64,000 nucleotides of DNA from an uncultured Acidobacteriaceae bacterium (GTDB taxonomy: Bacteria; Acidobacteriota; Terriglobia; Terriglobales; Acidobacteriaceae): the NCBI GenBank assembly GCA_963727295.1, contig CAVSFL010000009.1:93014-157013 (forward strand), given 5' to 3'. The notes under the pieces are model-generated. The model saw only the letters and a list, made by a program, of their open reading frames with translations, was not told the origin of the DNA and did not search any database. Every line of letters begins with the position of its first letter. Positions within the stretch are counted from its first letter, which is position 1. Made by a program: the position numbers and the translations under genes. Shown in pieces: positions 7,853-18,680 of the stretch.

Positions 7853-9616
7853 CTACGCTTCTAGCGTGTAGCGGTTGGCGGCGAGGCGATACATTCGACG
7901 CCAGACAAGGCGGTTCACGGTGACGACGACCATCGCCATCACGATGGTCGAGCCCAGCAGCAGTGCGAAGTTGCCGGAGTCGGTTGCGCGCGAGATGGTC
8001 GCGCCCAGGCCGACGGTCGTGTAGGTTACATCCTTCAGGCGGAAGTACTCGGCGATGATGCTGGCGTTCCACGCGCCGCCGGAAGCGGTGACCAGCCCGG
8101 TGACGAGATAGGGGAAGATTCCCGGCATGATCACCTTCTTCCAGCGCTCCGAGGTGGAAAATTTGAACAGCGCCGCGCACTCTTTCAGGTCGGTGGGAAT
8201 CGCCATCGCGCCGGCGATCACGTTGAAGAGGATGTACCACTGCGTTCCCAGCAGGAGCAGCAGGATCGATCCCAATCCCAGCCCGCCGCCGATGCGGATG
8301 AGCACCAGCAGCACAATAGGAAACAGCGCGGTCGCCGGAACCGAAGCTGCAATCTGCGCCAGCGGCTGAGCGATGCGCGCCAGTCGCGGATTGAAGCCGA
8401 TAGCGACGCCCACGGGAATCGTCCACAGCGAGCCGATGACCAGTGCGGCCAGAACGCGACCGAAGGTTGCGGCTGTGCCGATCAGGATCTGGTGCAGGTC
8501 GCTTCCGTTGATTTGCGTCAGCATTCCCACGGCGCGCACGACCGCGTAGAGGACGCCCAGCATGGCGAGCGCTGCAATGACTCGACCGACCCACACTTTC
8601 CACGGCGCCGCAGGAGCTTCTTCCTGGTCGGTGTCAAAGTCGCGCGAGTAATGCATCATCACTCGCTCGCGCAGCGGATTGACGACGCGCTTGCGCAGCC
8701 TGACCAGCAGCCGCGATCCCTGCAGCAGATCGCGAAACCAGGATTGCGGCGCGTCGGTGCTCTCAACTTGCTCGACCTTGAACTTCTCCGCCCACGCAAT
8801 CACCGGCCGCCAGACGATCTGGTCGAGCAGCACAATGACCGCGATCATCGTTCCGACGCCCCAAAGGATCGCTTGGGTATCGCCGGCGCTGGCTGCGGTT
8901 TGGAGATACGAGCCGAGCCCCGGCAAGCGGAAGTCGTCGTTTCCGAGCACGAACATTTCGCAGGCCATGAGGAAGAACCAGCCGCCCGCGACCGACATCA
9001 TCGAGTTCCACACCAGGCCGATGGCCGCGTAGGGCAGCTCGAATTGCGTGAAGCGCTGATACCAGTTGAAGCGATAGATCTTGGCGGCTTCGCGCATGTC
9101 GCGCGGAATGCTCTTCAGCGACGAATAGAAGCTGAAGGCCATGTTCCAGACCTGGCCGGTGAAGATGAGCAGGATCGCTCCCATCTCCACGCCGACTTGA
9201 TGCCGCGGAAAGAGCGCGACCATCGCCAGCATGACGCCCGGCAGAAAGCTGAGCACGGGAATCGATTGCAGGATGTCGAGCAGCGGAATCATGATGCGCT
9301 CGGCGCGCGGGTTGTACGCGGCAACGTAACCGTAGACCAGCGTGAAGGCCAGCGACAGGATGTAGGCGATCGTAATGCGCAGCAGCGAATATGCGGCGTA
9401 CAGCGGCAAGTGCGAAGGATCGCGGGAGATCTCGACGTGAGGATTGAACGGCCCAAACCAGGTGCGCGCCAATACAAGAATGAGGTAGAAGACCGACAGG
9501 CCGGCAGCGAAGATGAAGAAATCCGTGAGCACCGACCAGGTCTGCGCCGGCAGCAGCGACCACGGACCCTTGCCCAGAATCTTTACGGGTTGCCAAGTCG
9601 ACTTGGAGCGCGTCAT
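7853..9616 (-). CDS. ABC transporter fused (duplicated) permease, NitT/TauT anion-type
   Basis: 587-aa polytopic protein with two BPD-type permease halves. Its ATG (9614-9616) overlaps the TGA of the upstream ATPase (TGATG). Confidence 0.8.
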   Translation of the reverse strand: MTRSKSTWQPVKILGKGPWSLLPAQTWSVLTDFFIFAAGLSVFYLILVLARTWFGPFNPHVEISRDPSHLPLYAAYSLLRITIAYILSLAFTLVYGYVAAYNPRAERIMIPLLDILQSIPVLSFLPGVMLAMVALFPRHQVGVEMGAILLIFTGQVWNMAFSFYSSLKSIPRDMREAAKIYRFNWYQRFTQFELPYAAIGLVWNSMMSVAGGWFFLMACEMFVLGNDDFRLPGLGSYLQTAASAGDTQAILWGVGTMIAVIVLLDQIVWRPVIAWAEKFKVEQVESTDAPQSWFRDLLQGSRLLVRLRKRVVNPLRERVMMHYSRDFDTDQEEAPAAPWKVWVGRVIAALAMLGVLYAVVRAVGMLTQINGSDLHQILIGTAATFGRVLAALVIGSLWTIPVGVAIGFNPRLARIAQPLAQIAASVPATALFPIVLLVLIRIGGGLGLGSILLLLLGTQWYILFNVIAGAMAIPTDLKECAALFKFSTSERWKKVIMPGIFPYLVTGLVTASGGAWNASIIAEYFRLKDVTYTTVGLGATISRATDSGNFALLLGSTIVMAMVVVTVNRLVWRRMYRLAANRYTLEA

Positions 9617-10957
9617 CAGGGCTCCGTCGCGCTCGGCAACACGTCAGCGTCTTCGCGATGGAAAAGCCGACCGTTCTCTGAGTCGTAGTCAAAGATCTCG
9701 GCGTAGCGACCCCAGTTCAGTGCCGTCTGAAACTGGCGCTCTACTTCATCGGTGCTAAAGTGCTCGTCGAGAATGTCGCGGAAGAATTCTTCGCCGATCG
9801 CATGGTCGCGCTTGGCGTGCAGCGTGTTCTCGATCAAGCCGCAGAATCGCGATGTTCTTCAACGCGGCTTCGCGGAAGAGTTGCTTCTGAAGCTGGATAT
9901 CGGCTTCGCCGAACTTGCGGCCTTCGGGCGTGATCTCGACGTCGCCCTCGCGCAGCACGGCAAAGCCGAGCATCACCGCGGCATCAACGATGGGCAGCAG
10001 ATCGTCTACATCCATCGCTAATTCGTCGGCCAGCTTGTAGAGATCGTCTCGGCCGCCGCGATCGGTCAGCAGCTCCAGGAATCCGGCGATGCCGCCCGGA
10101 CGAGCGTGCGGCAACATCTGGAACTTGGTCCTCTCGCGCCCTTGGCCGTTGGTCGCAGCAACAGCGGCCTTGCCCGGAGCAGCCTGTTCGTGCTCCGGCT
10201 GCGTCAGCGTCTTGTAGATGTAATCGACGTAGGCGAGAAAGCGCGGCGACTTGCGATCGCGAAATTGCGGAATATCGATCTCGAAATCGGAACGAATCCG
10301 CCCCGGATTGCGGCCCAGCACAATCACACGATCGGCCAGCAGAACCGCTTCCTCGATGTTGTGGGTCACGATGAAGATGGACTTGGTCGGCATCTTCTTG
10401 TTCAGCCACAATTCCAGCAGCTCGGAGCGCAGGTTCTCCGCCGTGAGGACGTCGAGCGCGGAGAACGGCTCGTCCATGAACAGCACCTCAGGCTCGACAA
10501 CCAGCGCGCGCGCGAAACCTACGCGCTGCTTCATGCCACCGGAAAGCTCCTTCGGATACGCCGTCTCAAAGCCGTCGAGGCCGACGGTGTCGATCATCTT
10601 CAACGCGCGCTTGTGCCGCTCGATCGCGCCGATGGCACGCGCAACCAGTGGCGCTTCTACGTTCTCCAGCACGGTGAGCCAGGGAAACAGGGCGAAGCTC
10701 TGGAAGACGATGGCGACGTTGGGAATCTGCCCATCCATCTGTTTGCCGTGCCACAGGACGTGCCCCGAGGAAGGTTTCGACAGGCCGGTCAGCATGCGCA
10801 AAAGGGTTGATTTACCTGAGCCCGACGGTCCCAGCAGGCCGACAATCTTGCCCGGACACACCTCCAGATCCGTCGGGGCAATGACTTCAATACGATTGCC
10901 ATCCGGCTGCGGATAGTACTTTTCGACCGCTTGGGCCTGAATGATCGCCTCGCCCAA
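9616..10957 (-). pseudogene. ABC transporter ATP-binding protein with C-terminal accessory domain; +1 frame break near 9838-9845
   Basis: ORF 9755-10957 carries Walker A GPSGSGKST, the signature LSGGMKQRV and Walker B LFMDEP. After ...KNIAILR that frame decays. ORF 9616-9837 continues with IENTLHAKRDHAIGEEFFRDILDEHF... in the next frame. Confidence 0.8.
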
Positions 10958-11091
10958 TGTGCTCTCCTGTTTAGTGCCTTCCTAGTCTAGGTGGACTTGG
11001 GGAAGCGCACAACGTGCAAGGCAGCGCGGAATGTGAAAGGACGGTGAATTCTGGGGGCGAGATCAGCGTGCGCGGCTTTTACAATCGCTCA

Positions 11092-11745
11092 TCACTTCTT
11101 CTTGCTACTGCTTGTGTCGTTACTTTTCGTATTGTTATTGCTGGTTGGCGGCACAACCGCCAGATTATTGGTCACCGACAGCACAGAAAAGATCTGGTTA
11201 ACCCGCTGGGTGCACAGATTCTTGTCCGTCTCGTTGTCCACCACTCCATACAAGGTCACGCGCGCATTCTTCACGATGATCCGGATTGGCGGATTGGGCA
11301 TGTTGGCGTACTTGAACAGCGGACCGAAGCCGCCGTAAATCTTCTGCCGAACCTGCTCCCGAATCTCGGCATCCATCGGACTTGGCGGCAACACCTCAAT
11401 CTTGTTGACGACCTTGTCCACGCCCTCAACTTTCTTGACCGCGCTCTGCACATCCTTCGGCAGCGTCGGATTCAGCACCTGGCCGGTAAGGGTCACGGTT
11501 CGGCCCTCCAGCGTATAGCCAAGATTGTCAAAGACGGTGTAATACGGCTGCATCAGGATCGCGCGGCGAATCCCTTGCACCAGCTTCGCCTGGACCTCGG
11601 GCGACACGGACTGATCGGAGGCCGGCGCCGCTCCCGTCGTCAGGGTGGAATTCGCCGCCGGAGGCTGCGCCGTTTGCGCGCCCGCCGCGATCGGCGACAC
11701 CATGCCTAACATTACCGCTATAGCAGCCGAATGCCCCCTCGTCAT
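11092..11745 (-). CDS. BON-domain (OsmY-like) periplasmic protein
   Basis: Signal peptide followed by two BON-like units (YYTVFDNLGYTLEGRTVTLTGQV...VEGVDKVVNKIEV and VKNARVTLYGVVDNETDK...VTNNLAV). Confidence 0.8.
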   Translation of the reverse strand: MTRGHSAAIAVMLGMVSPIAAGAQTAQPPAANSTLTTGAAPASDQSVSPEVQAKLVQGIRRAILMQPYYTVFDNLGYTLEGRTVTLTGQVLNPTLPKDVQSAVKKVEGVDKVVNKIEVLPPSPMDAEIREQVRQKIYGGFGPLFKYANMPNPPIRIIVKNARVTLYGVVDNETDKNLCTQRVNQIFSVLSVTNNLAVVPPTSNNNTKSNDTSSSKKK

Positions 11746-11942
11746 TGCTTGCCTCCCGTAGTCATCACATCCTACTCTCCCCTGCGAGCAAGCGCCAAGA
11801 CGACCGCCAGCGGCGACTTCTCTGCCCGCCGCAAGAACTACTTCCCATTTTCCATCCGAAAATGATCTAATGCTTTCCCGAAGAACAGTACAAACTTACC
11901 GCCTTCTGAAGGGAAATTGTCCTGCGCGCCCAGGGTATTCTC

Positions 11943-13307
11943 GTGCGGAGATTTGCCGGTACAGTCATAGGGATTCTTCTGCTCGTATGCAGCATGGCTC
12001 CCGCAGCTGCCGCACGCCCGGCAACCCAGGACGACAGCGCGGAGCCGGACCTGCTCACCATTGATCAGGCTGTCAAGCTTGCCCTGGCCGACAATCGCGA
12101 CCTCAAGATCGTTGCCCTCAACCTGGACATTTCCAAAGACAAAGTTCAGCAAGCCAAGACCAAGCGCTATCCGGCGTTCAACGTTTACACCTTCGCGTCG
12201 CAGTTGCTTTCGCCCATCGCTTTTGAAGTCCCCGCCGGTCAGTTCGGCACCTACCCGGGCATTGGTCCCATTCCCGCTACCAACACCAACATCTCTACTC
12301 CCGCTCAGCCGACCGCCTACATCTTCGGCACGGTTTCTCAGCCCCTGCTGACGCTCTACAAGATCAACCTGCATGTCCATGGCGAGGAGCTCTCCGTCCA
12401 GCAATCGGTGCAGGAGCTGCGCGAGCAACGCGACACAGTTGTCGACAACGTCCGCGAGGCTTACTACTCGATCGTCGAGATCCAGAATGTGATCGAGGCG
12501 ACGAAGGCCAGTATCAAACAGTACGAAGAGTTGGATCGAATCACGCAGGAGCGCGTCCAGGAAAAGGTCGTCCTCGAGTCCGAACTTCTGGAAGTGAAGG
12601 CAAAGCTTGCCGACGAACGATTGCAGCTCCTGCAGGCGCAGGACAAGCTGGCGACCGCAAAGGAGAGCCTCAACAACCTGCTCGGGCGCGATCTCAACAT
12701 CGACTTTCGCGCCGAAGAAGACAAGGAACTATCGCCGGTGGAGCAGGACCTGAAAGCCGCGCAAGCCACCGCGCTGGCGCAGAATCCCAAGATCAAGGAA
12801 GCGGAAATCAAGATCCAGCAGGCCGACACGGTGAAGCGTCTGGCCAAGTCGGAATACATACCCGATATCGGCGCCTCCTTCCACTACCTCTCGCCGTTCG
12901 GAGTTAACTTTGTTCCGACCAACGTCATGGGTGCCGGCATTGAGTTCAGCTGGGAGCCTTTCGACTGGGGCCGGCGGCGCGACGTGGTCAACGAAAAGAC
13001 CATGCAGGTCGAGCAAAGTAAGCTGAACCTGGGCCAGACGACAGCCAACGTCCTGGTCAACCTCGACAAGGAGTTCCGTTCCCTGCAGGAGGCGCGCATG
13101 GCCGTCGATGTAGCCGCCGCCCAGCAGGACGCCACGCGCGTGAAGCTGCGTGAAGTCACTGACAAGTACGGACAGAAGACCGTCCTGCTGCGCGACGTTC
13201 TGCAACAGGAGGCCGCGGTAGAAAAGGCCAACGCCGACTACAACGAAGCCATTGCCTCGTTCTGGACGGCCAAGGCAAACTTCGAGAAAGCGTTGGGTGC
13301 GGACTAG
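11943..13307 (+). CDS. TolC-family outer membrane efflux protein
   Basis: 454 aa with a GTG start. Signal peptide, LTIDQAVKLALADNRDLK at the N-terminus, and two coiled-coil repeats typical of OEP/TolC. Confidence 0.85.
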   Translation: MRRFAGTVIGILLLVCSMAPAAAARPATQDDSAEPDLLTIDQAVKLALADNRDLKIVALNLDISKDKVQQAKTKRYPAFNVYTFASQLLSPIAFEVPAGQFGTYPGIGPIPATNTNISTPAQPTAYIFGTVSQPLLTLYKINLHVHGEELSVQQSVQELREQRDTVVDNVREAYYSIVEIQNVIEATKASIKQYEELDRITQERVQEKVVLESELLEVKAKLADERLQLLQAQDKLATAKESLNNLLGRDLNIDFRAEEDKELSPVEQDLKAAQATALAQNPKIKEAEIKIQQADTVKRLAKSEYIPDIGASFHYLSPFGVNFVPTNVMGAGIEFSWEPFDWGRRRDVVNEKTMQVEQSKLNLGQTTANVLVNLDKEFRSLQEARMAVDVAAAQQDATRVKLREVTDKYGQKTVLLRDVLQQEAAVEKANADYNEAIASFWTAKANFEKALGAD

Positions 13308-13309
13308 TC

Positions 13310-14602
13310 ATGATGATCTATAAACATCGTCGGGTTTCTCTGCGGACGCCCACGATCTCGGTAGTGCGGCGCTTCAGCGCCGCGTTCGCGCTATCCCTCC
13401 GCACTGGGATGGCAGCCCGTTGCGACGCAACGGGCTGGCATCCCGAATCTCGCTGGCCCAGGCTGAACGCGGGCCTAAAGGCCCGCTCTACCCGTTTCGC
13501 GCTGGCGGGCTTGATCGCCGTCGCCCTGCTCCAATCGGCCTGCAGCAAGTCGGAATCGGCGGACACCCAGATCACACCCGTGCGCACGGCGATTGTGAAG
13601 ACCATCGACACCGGCAGCACGAATACCTACTCTGCCAACATCCAGCCCTACCAGCAGGTCGACCTGGCCTTCAAGTCGAGCGGCTATCTGGTCAGCATCA
13701 AGCAGGTGCGCGATGCCGATGGCCACATCCGCAACATCGATCAGGGCGACTATGTCTCGGAAGGAACTGTGCTCGCCGTCGTTCAGAAGGACGACTATCA
13801 GCAGAAGCTCGACCAGGCCAAAGCTTCGCTCGCCAAAGCCCAGGCTGATCACGAGCGTGCCAAGTTGTCGTTCGGGCGCGTGTCCATACTGTATAAAGCC
13901 GGCGCAGCAACGCAACCGGACTACGACGACACCCGCGCGCAGGATCAGGCCACGCAGGCTGCTGTCGACAACGCTAACGCACAAATTGCCGAAGCGCAGC
14001 TGGCGCTAGGCTATTGCGATCTGCGAGCCCCGTTCGACTCCTGGGTCCTCAAGCGCAATGTCGATGTCGGAACACTGGTCAGCGCAGCCACGAGCGGCTT
14101 CTCCCTGGCGGACACACGAACGGTGAAAGCAGTCTTCGGTGTCCCCGACACAGCCGTCGGCCGCATCCAGCCAGGCAGCCCGCAGACCGTGACCACCGAA
14201 GCCTATAAGAAGACATTCTCCGGTCACGTCACTGCGATCTCCGCGGGAGCCGATCCCAAGAGTCGCGTCTATTCGGTCGAGGTTCGCATCGACAATCCGG
14301 AAAACCTGCTGAAGGCGGGAATGATTGCCTCGATCACTGTGGGCACGCCCGGCCCTCCCGGCGGCGTGATGGTTGTTCCCATCTCGTCGGTGGTGCGCAG
14401 TACAACCAACCAGAATGGATTTGCCGTGTTCGTCACCGAAGGCACGGGTGACATCGTGAAGGTGCGTACGCAGGACGTTACGTTGGGCAATACCTACGGC
14501 AACGTCATCGCCGTCACCAGCGGCTTGAACCTGAATCAACGTGTCGTAACCGAAGGCAGCAACAACATCCGGAATGGAGAAGAAATAAGGATCATTCCGT
14601 AG
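13310..14602 (+). CDS. RND efflux periplasmic adaptor (MFP/HlyD family) lipoprotein; start uncertain
   Basis: Lipobox LLQSAC, a coiled-coil QQKLDQAKASLAKAQADHERAKL, and a beta-barrel C-terminus. The first ~60 codons read through a repeat cluster. The only ATGs are at 13310/13313 (adjacent) and 13409. Confidence 0.8.
   Translation: MMIYKHRRVSLRTPTISVVRRFSAAFALSLRTGMAARCDATGWHPESRWPRLNAGLKARSTRFALAGLIAVALLQSACSKSESADTQITPVRTAIVKTIDTGSTNTYSANIQPYQQVDLAFKSSGYLVSIKQVRDADGHIRNIDQGDYVSEGTVLAVVQKDDYQQKLDQAKASLAKAQADHERAKLSFGRVSILYKAGAATQPDYDDTRAQDQATQAAVDNANAQIAEAQLALGYCDLRAPFDSWVLKRNVDVGTLVSAATSGFSLADTRTVKAVFGVPDTAVGRIQPGSPQTVTTEAYKKTFSGHVTAISAGADPKSRVYSVEVRIDNPENLLKAGMIASITVGTPGPPGGVMVVPISSVVRSTTNQNGFAVFVTEGTGDIVKVRTQDVTLGNTYGNVIAVTSGLNLNQRVVTEGSNNIRNGEEIRIIP
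13359..13493. repeat. REP/BIME-like hairpin cluster between tolC and the adaptor gene
   Basis: GGTAGTGCGGCGCTTCAGCGCCGCG (13360-13384), a near-perfect 39-nt palindrome GGGATGGCAGCCCGTTGCG-A-CGCAACGGGCTGGCATCCC (13407-13445), and GGGCCTAAAGGCCCGCTCTACCC (13471-13493). Confidence 0.8.
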
Positions 14603-14611
14603 TTCGGCGCA

Positions 14612-14807
14612 CGGGTAGTGCGGCGCTTTAGCGTCGCGTTTCAGCGGTGGAAGGGCCGGGCTGTAGCCGGGCCGCCGAAAAAGTCGATGCAAGTAGGGTT
14701 TCGGGTAGAGCTGACCTTCAGGTCAGCGCCTAAGCCATTTATTTCCTCGTCTGAGTCGGCTTCAGCCGACGACACGCGAGTCACGCTACGAGTTTTTGAG
14801 AGCCCTG
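14612..14807. repeat. REP/BIME-like cluster, including copy C (reverse orientation) of the ~105-nt unit (14703-14807)
   Basis: GGGTAGTGCGGCGCTTTAGCGTCGCG (14613-14638) and GGGTAGAGCTGACCTTCAGGTCAGCG (14703-14728). The segment GAGTCGGCTTCAGCCGAC...CGAGTTTTTGAGAGCCCTG is the reverse complement of the unit at 3579-3682. Confidence 0.85.
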
Positions 14808-14856
14808 TCTAGCCGGGCGCAAAGAGATCATTGCAAAGCGGGCTTTATAGCCCTGG

Positions 14857-17800
14857 GTGAAGACGCAAACAGATTTAATGTCCATCCACCACAAATCCGA
14901 CGCCGAGATCATCGCGACCACGCACAACACGGCGCGGTTCTTCACCGAGCATCGTCAGGTCGCCACCATCTTGTTGCTCGCGACCTTCGCCTGGGGCTTG
15001 TACGGCTATCACAACATGCCCAAGCGCAAGGATCCGGACATTCCCGTGCGCGTCGCCATGGCTCAATGTCAGTGGCCGGGCGCCACGGCGGAACAGGTGG
15101 AGCAACTGGTCACACGGCCGATGGAGACGGCCGCTACCCAAAACACCACCATCAAGCCCCACAGCCCGTCCAACTTCGGCATTCGCTCGATGAGTTTTCC
15201 CGGACTCGCGGTCGTCTACATCCAGCTTGACGACAACGTCAAAGACAAGCAGAAAGAATTCAGCGACATCAACCTGAAGATGAATCAGGTGAATCTGCCG
15301 CGCGGCGCCGGGCCCATCCAGTTCAACAGTAACTTCGGCAACACGGCTGCGCTGATGCTGACCGTCGCCAGCCCGATCGCCAATCCAACCGAGATCGCGT
15401 TGCGCGACAAGTCCAATTCGCAAGGCCATTGAAGAGACCCGCTCCCATTTGGCCAGGAACGCGCCGCAACCACGCGTCAGTGTCATCTACGCATTTCCGC
15501 TGACGGTAGCTGCCGGCCCGGTGCGCACCAATTTCGAAATGATTGCCAACATCGGCGAACGCAACGGTACCCTCAGAGACCTGCATTTCTTCGACGGTCC
15601 GGGCTACGTCGGCCTCGACGCCAGCACCTCGTTCGACGATGAGACCATCCGTCAGCGCGGCCGACAGCTCATCCGGAACAATCTGCAGGCCTCGGAACTC
15701 TATCCTGACGCGTGGCAGCCGGCCATCATTCGCAATCCCGCCGATACCGAAGCCGAGCTGGCTAAGGTCGCCGGCGCAAAATACTCCTATCGCCAGCTCG
15801 ACAACTACACGAATCTGATTCAGCGCACCTTGCAAGGCGTGCCGGAAACGTCGACCGTCTCGCGCTCCGGTGTGCTGCCGGAGCAGATTTATCTCGACTA
15901 CTCCCAGCAGCGTCTGGCGCAATACGGATACGATCCTTCCAAGCTCAAAGACATCCTCAACGCGCAAAACATCACGCTGCCGGCCGGCTCGCTGGAGGTC
16001 GGGCCGCAGGATCTGGTCATCAATCCCTCCGGCCTGTTCACCAACGCTCCGCAGATCGGCGACGTCATCATCGGCGTTTCGTCCTCGAACAGTCCGGTCT
16101 ACCTGCGCGACCTGGTCGACATCTCGCGCACCTATCAAAGCCCGCCGACATTTCTGAATTACCTCACCTGGCAGGATAAAGACGGAACCTGGAACCGCAG
16201 CCGCGCCATCTCCGTCGCTATCAACATGCGCTCCGGACAGCAGATCGATCTCTTCGGGCAGCATGTAAAGGAGAAGCTAGCCGCTCTCGCGCCCTATTTC
16301 CCGGGCGATCTCGTCATCGTGCCCACCTCGAGCCAGCCGGTGCAGGTGAAAGAGCAGATCGAGCTCTTCATGGACGCGCTCTACGAAGCGATCGGCCTGG
16401 TCGTTATCGTTTCCCTGCTCGGCTTCTGGGAGTGGCGCTCCGCGGTGCTGATGGCATTGTCCATCCCGATCACGCTGGCGATGACTTTCGGCGTCATCTA
16501 CGTTCTCGGCATCGACATCCAGCAGGTATCGGTGGCTTCGCTCATCATCGCGCTGGGCTTGCTGGTCGACGATCCCGTCGTTGCGGGCGACTCCATCAAG
16601 CGCATGCTCGCCGAAGGTCATCCGCGAATCGTCGCGCCCTGGCTCGGCCCCACCAAGATCGCGGTCGCCATCATGTACGCGACGATCACCAACATCGTCG
16701 CCTACCTGCCGTTCCTGATGATCACCGGTACCACCGGCGAGTTCATCTACAGCTTGCCGGTGGTGATGACGGTAGCGCTGGTCTGCTCGCGCCTCGCGTC
16801 GATGACCTTCATTCCCTTGCTGGGCTATTACCTGCTCCGGCCCGGCAAACCAGAACCGGCGATCGAAGAGCGTCGCAGCAAGGGCTTCACCGGCAAATAT
16901 GCCGCCGTGGCCAAGTTCGCGATTGAACATCGCTGGAAGTTCACCATCGGTTCGCTAGCGTTCCTGGTGCTCGGCGCATTTATGTTCTCGCAGTTGAAGA
17001 CATCGTTCTTCCCTGACGACGTGCAGTACTGGTCCTACATCGATGTCTGGCTGCCCAACGACGCCAACTTCGACGCCACTAATCGCGCCGCACAACAAGT
17101 CGAGCAGATCGTCCGCGAGCAAGCGGATGTCTACGGTAAACAACACCCGGAGAAAGATGGCTCGCCCTCGCATATCCTGCGCTACGTCACCACCTGGGTC
17201 GGCGGTGGAAGTCCTCGCTTCTGGTTCTCGGTCTCGCCGCAACCTAAGCAGCTAAATTATGCGCAGGTGCTGGTACAGCTGAGCAACAAAGAGATCACGC
17301 CGGACTTCGTCAACCAGGTGCAGCCTGTCCTGACCGCCAAAGTGCCCGGCGTGCGTTGCGATTATCGCCAGCTGCAGACCAATCCCATCAACTATCCAGT
17401 CGAGATTCGCGTGGTCAGCGAAGCCGATGTCAGCTCGAATCCCGAGCGCAGTGCGGCCGATATCGCCGAGTTGCGCAAGATCACTTCGAAGGTGGAAGAG
17501 ATTGTCCGCTCCGCTGCCGAGGCTCGCCGTGTACGCAACGAGTGGATGAAGGACAGCTTCCAGGTGACGCTGCAGGTCGATCCCGATCGCGCCAATCTGG
17601 CGGGAATTACCAATCTGGATGTGGCGAACTCCGCCACCGGCGCCATGAGCGGCACCACCGTCACTACGCTTCAGGACGGAGATCAGAATATTCCAGTCGT
17701 CGCGCGCTTGAAGATGAATGAGCGGGCGCGGCTCTCCGACATTCAGAACCTTTATGTCTACTCGTCTTCGTCCGGCGACAACACCAAGATCCCGCTGGTC

Positions 17801-18583
17801 CAGATCTCCGACATCGATAAGAGCATGATGACCCAGCGCATCATTCGTATCGATCAGTTCCGCGAGATGTCAATTTTCGCCTTCCCTGCCGGCAACCACC
17901 TCGCATCGGAAATCACCAGCGTCGTTCTGCCCAAGCTCAAGGAATTTGAAAAGACGATGCCGCCGGGATACAAGATCGAAATCGGCGGCGAGTACAACAA
18001 GCAGATCGACGGCTTCCGCAATCTCACGTTAGTCCTGGCCATCTCAGTGGCGATGATTTACCTGGCGCTGATGTTCCAGTTCAACAATGCGGTCAAGCCA
18101 TTCCTGGTCTTCGCCGCCGCGCCTTATGGCGTCGCCGGAGCCATCTACGGGCTGTGGGTGATGCACACTTCGTTCGGCTTTATGGCATTCCTCGGCATCG
18201 TCAGCCTCATCGGCGTGATCGTCAGCCACGTCATCGTGCTCTTCGATTTCATCGAGGAGATGCACGCCAAGGGCGAACCGTTCGAAGAAGCTGTGATCGA
18301 TGCCGGCATCATCCGCTTGCGCCCGGTGATGATCACCGTCAGCGCAACGGTGCTGGCTCTATTCCCGCTCGCGATGCACGGTGGCCCGCTCTGGCAACCC
18401 CTCTGCTACGCGCAGATCGGCGGGTTGACGGTCGCAACCTTCATTACTCTGCTGATGGTTCCGGTGCTGTACTCGATCTTCGTTCTGGATCTAAAAATCC
18501 TCACATGGGACACGAAGGAAGAGTCGCAAATCACTGAAACGCAGCAGGTTACTTTAACCACCCCAGCAGCGTCGCATGATTAA
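14857..18583 (+). pseudogene. RND (AcrB/HAE-type) inner-membrane efflux pump; +1 frame break near 15412-15416
   Basis: ORF 14857-15432 (N-terminal ~190 aa, ending ...PTEIALRDKSNSQGH*) and ORF 15449-18583 (the remaining ~1040 aa) belong to one pump. Frame 2 read back from 15449 gives IRKAIEETRSHLARNAPQ. One extra base in GACAAGTCC-A-ATTCGC joins the halves. Confidence 0.85.
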
Positions 18584-18585
18584 GT

Positions 18586-18610
18586 CTGACTCCCTTGGGT
18601 CAGCTGTTTT
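18586..18610 (+). terminator. Possible intrinsic terminator after the RND pump gene
   Basis: CTGAC(T)-cccttg-(G)GTCAG stem followed by CTGTTTT, 3 nt after the TAA at 18581-18583. The stem is short, so this call is weak. Confidence 0.4.
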
Positions 18611-18680
18611 GGAAGGGAAGCTTTGCACTAATCGGCTGTTCTTCCCAGCTGAAGCGGCTTTTTGATATAAGCTGCTCCCA

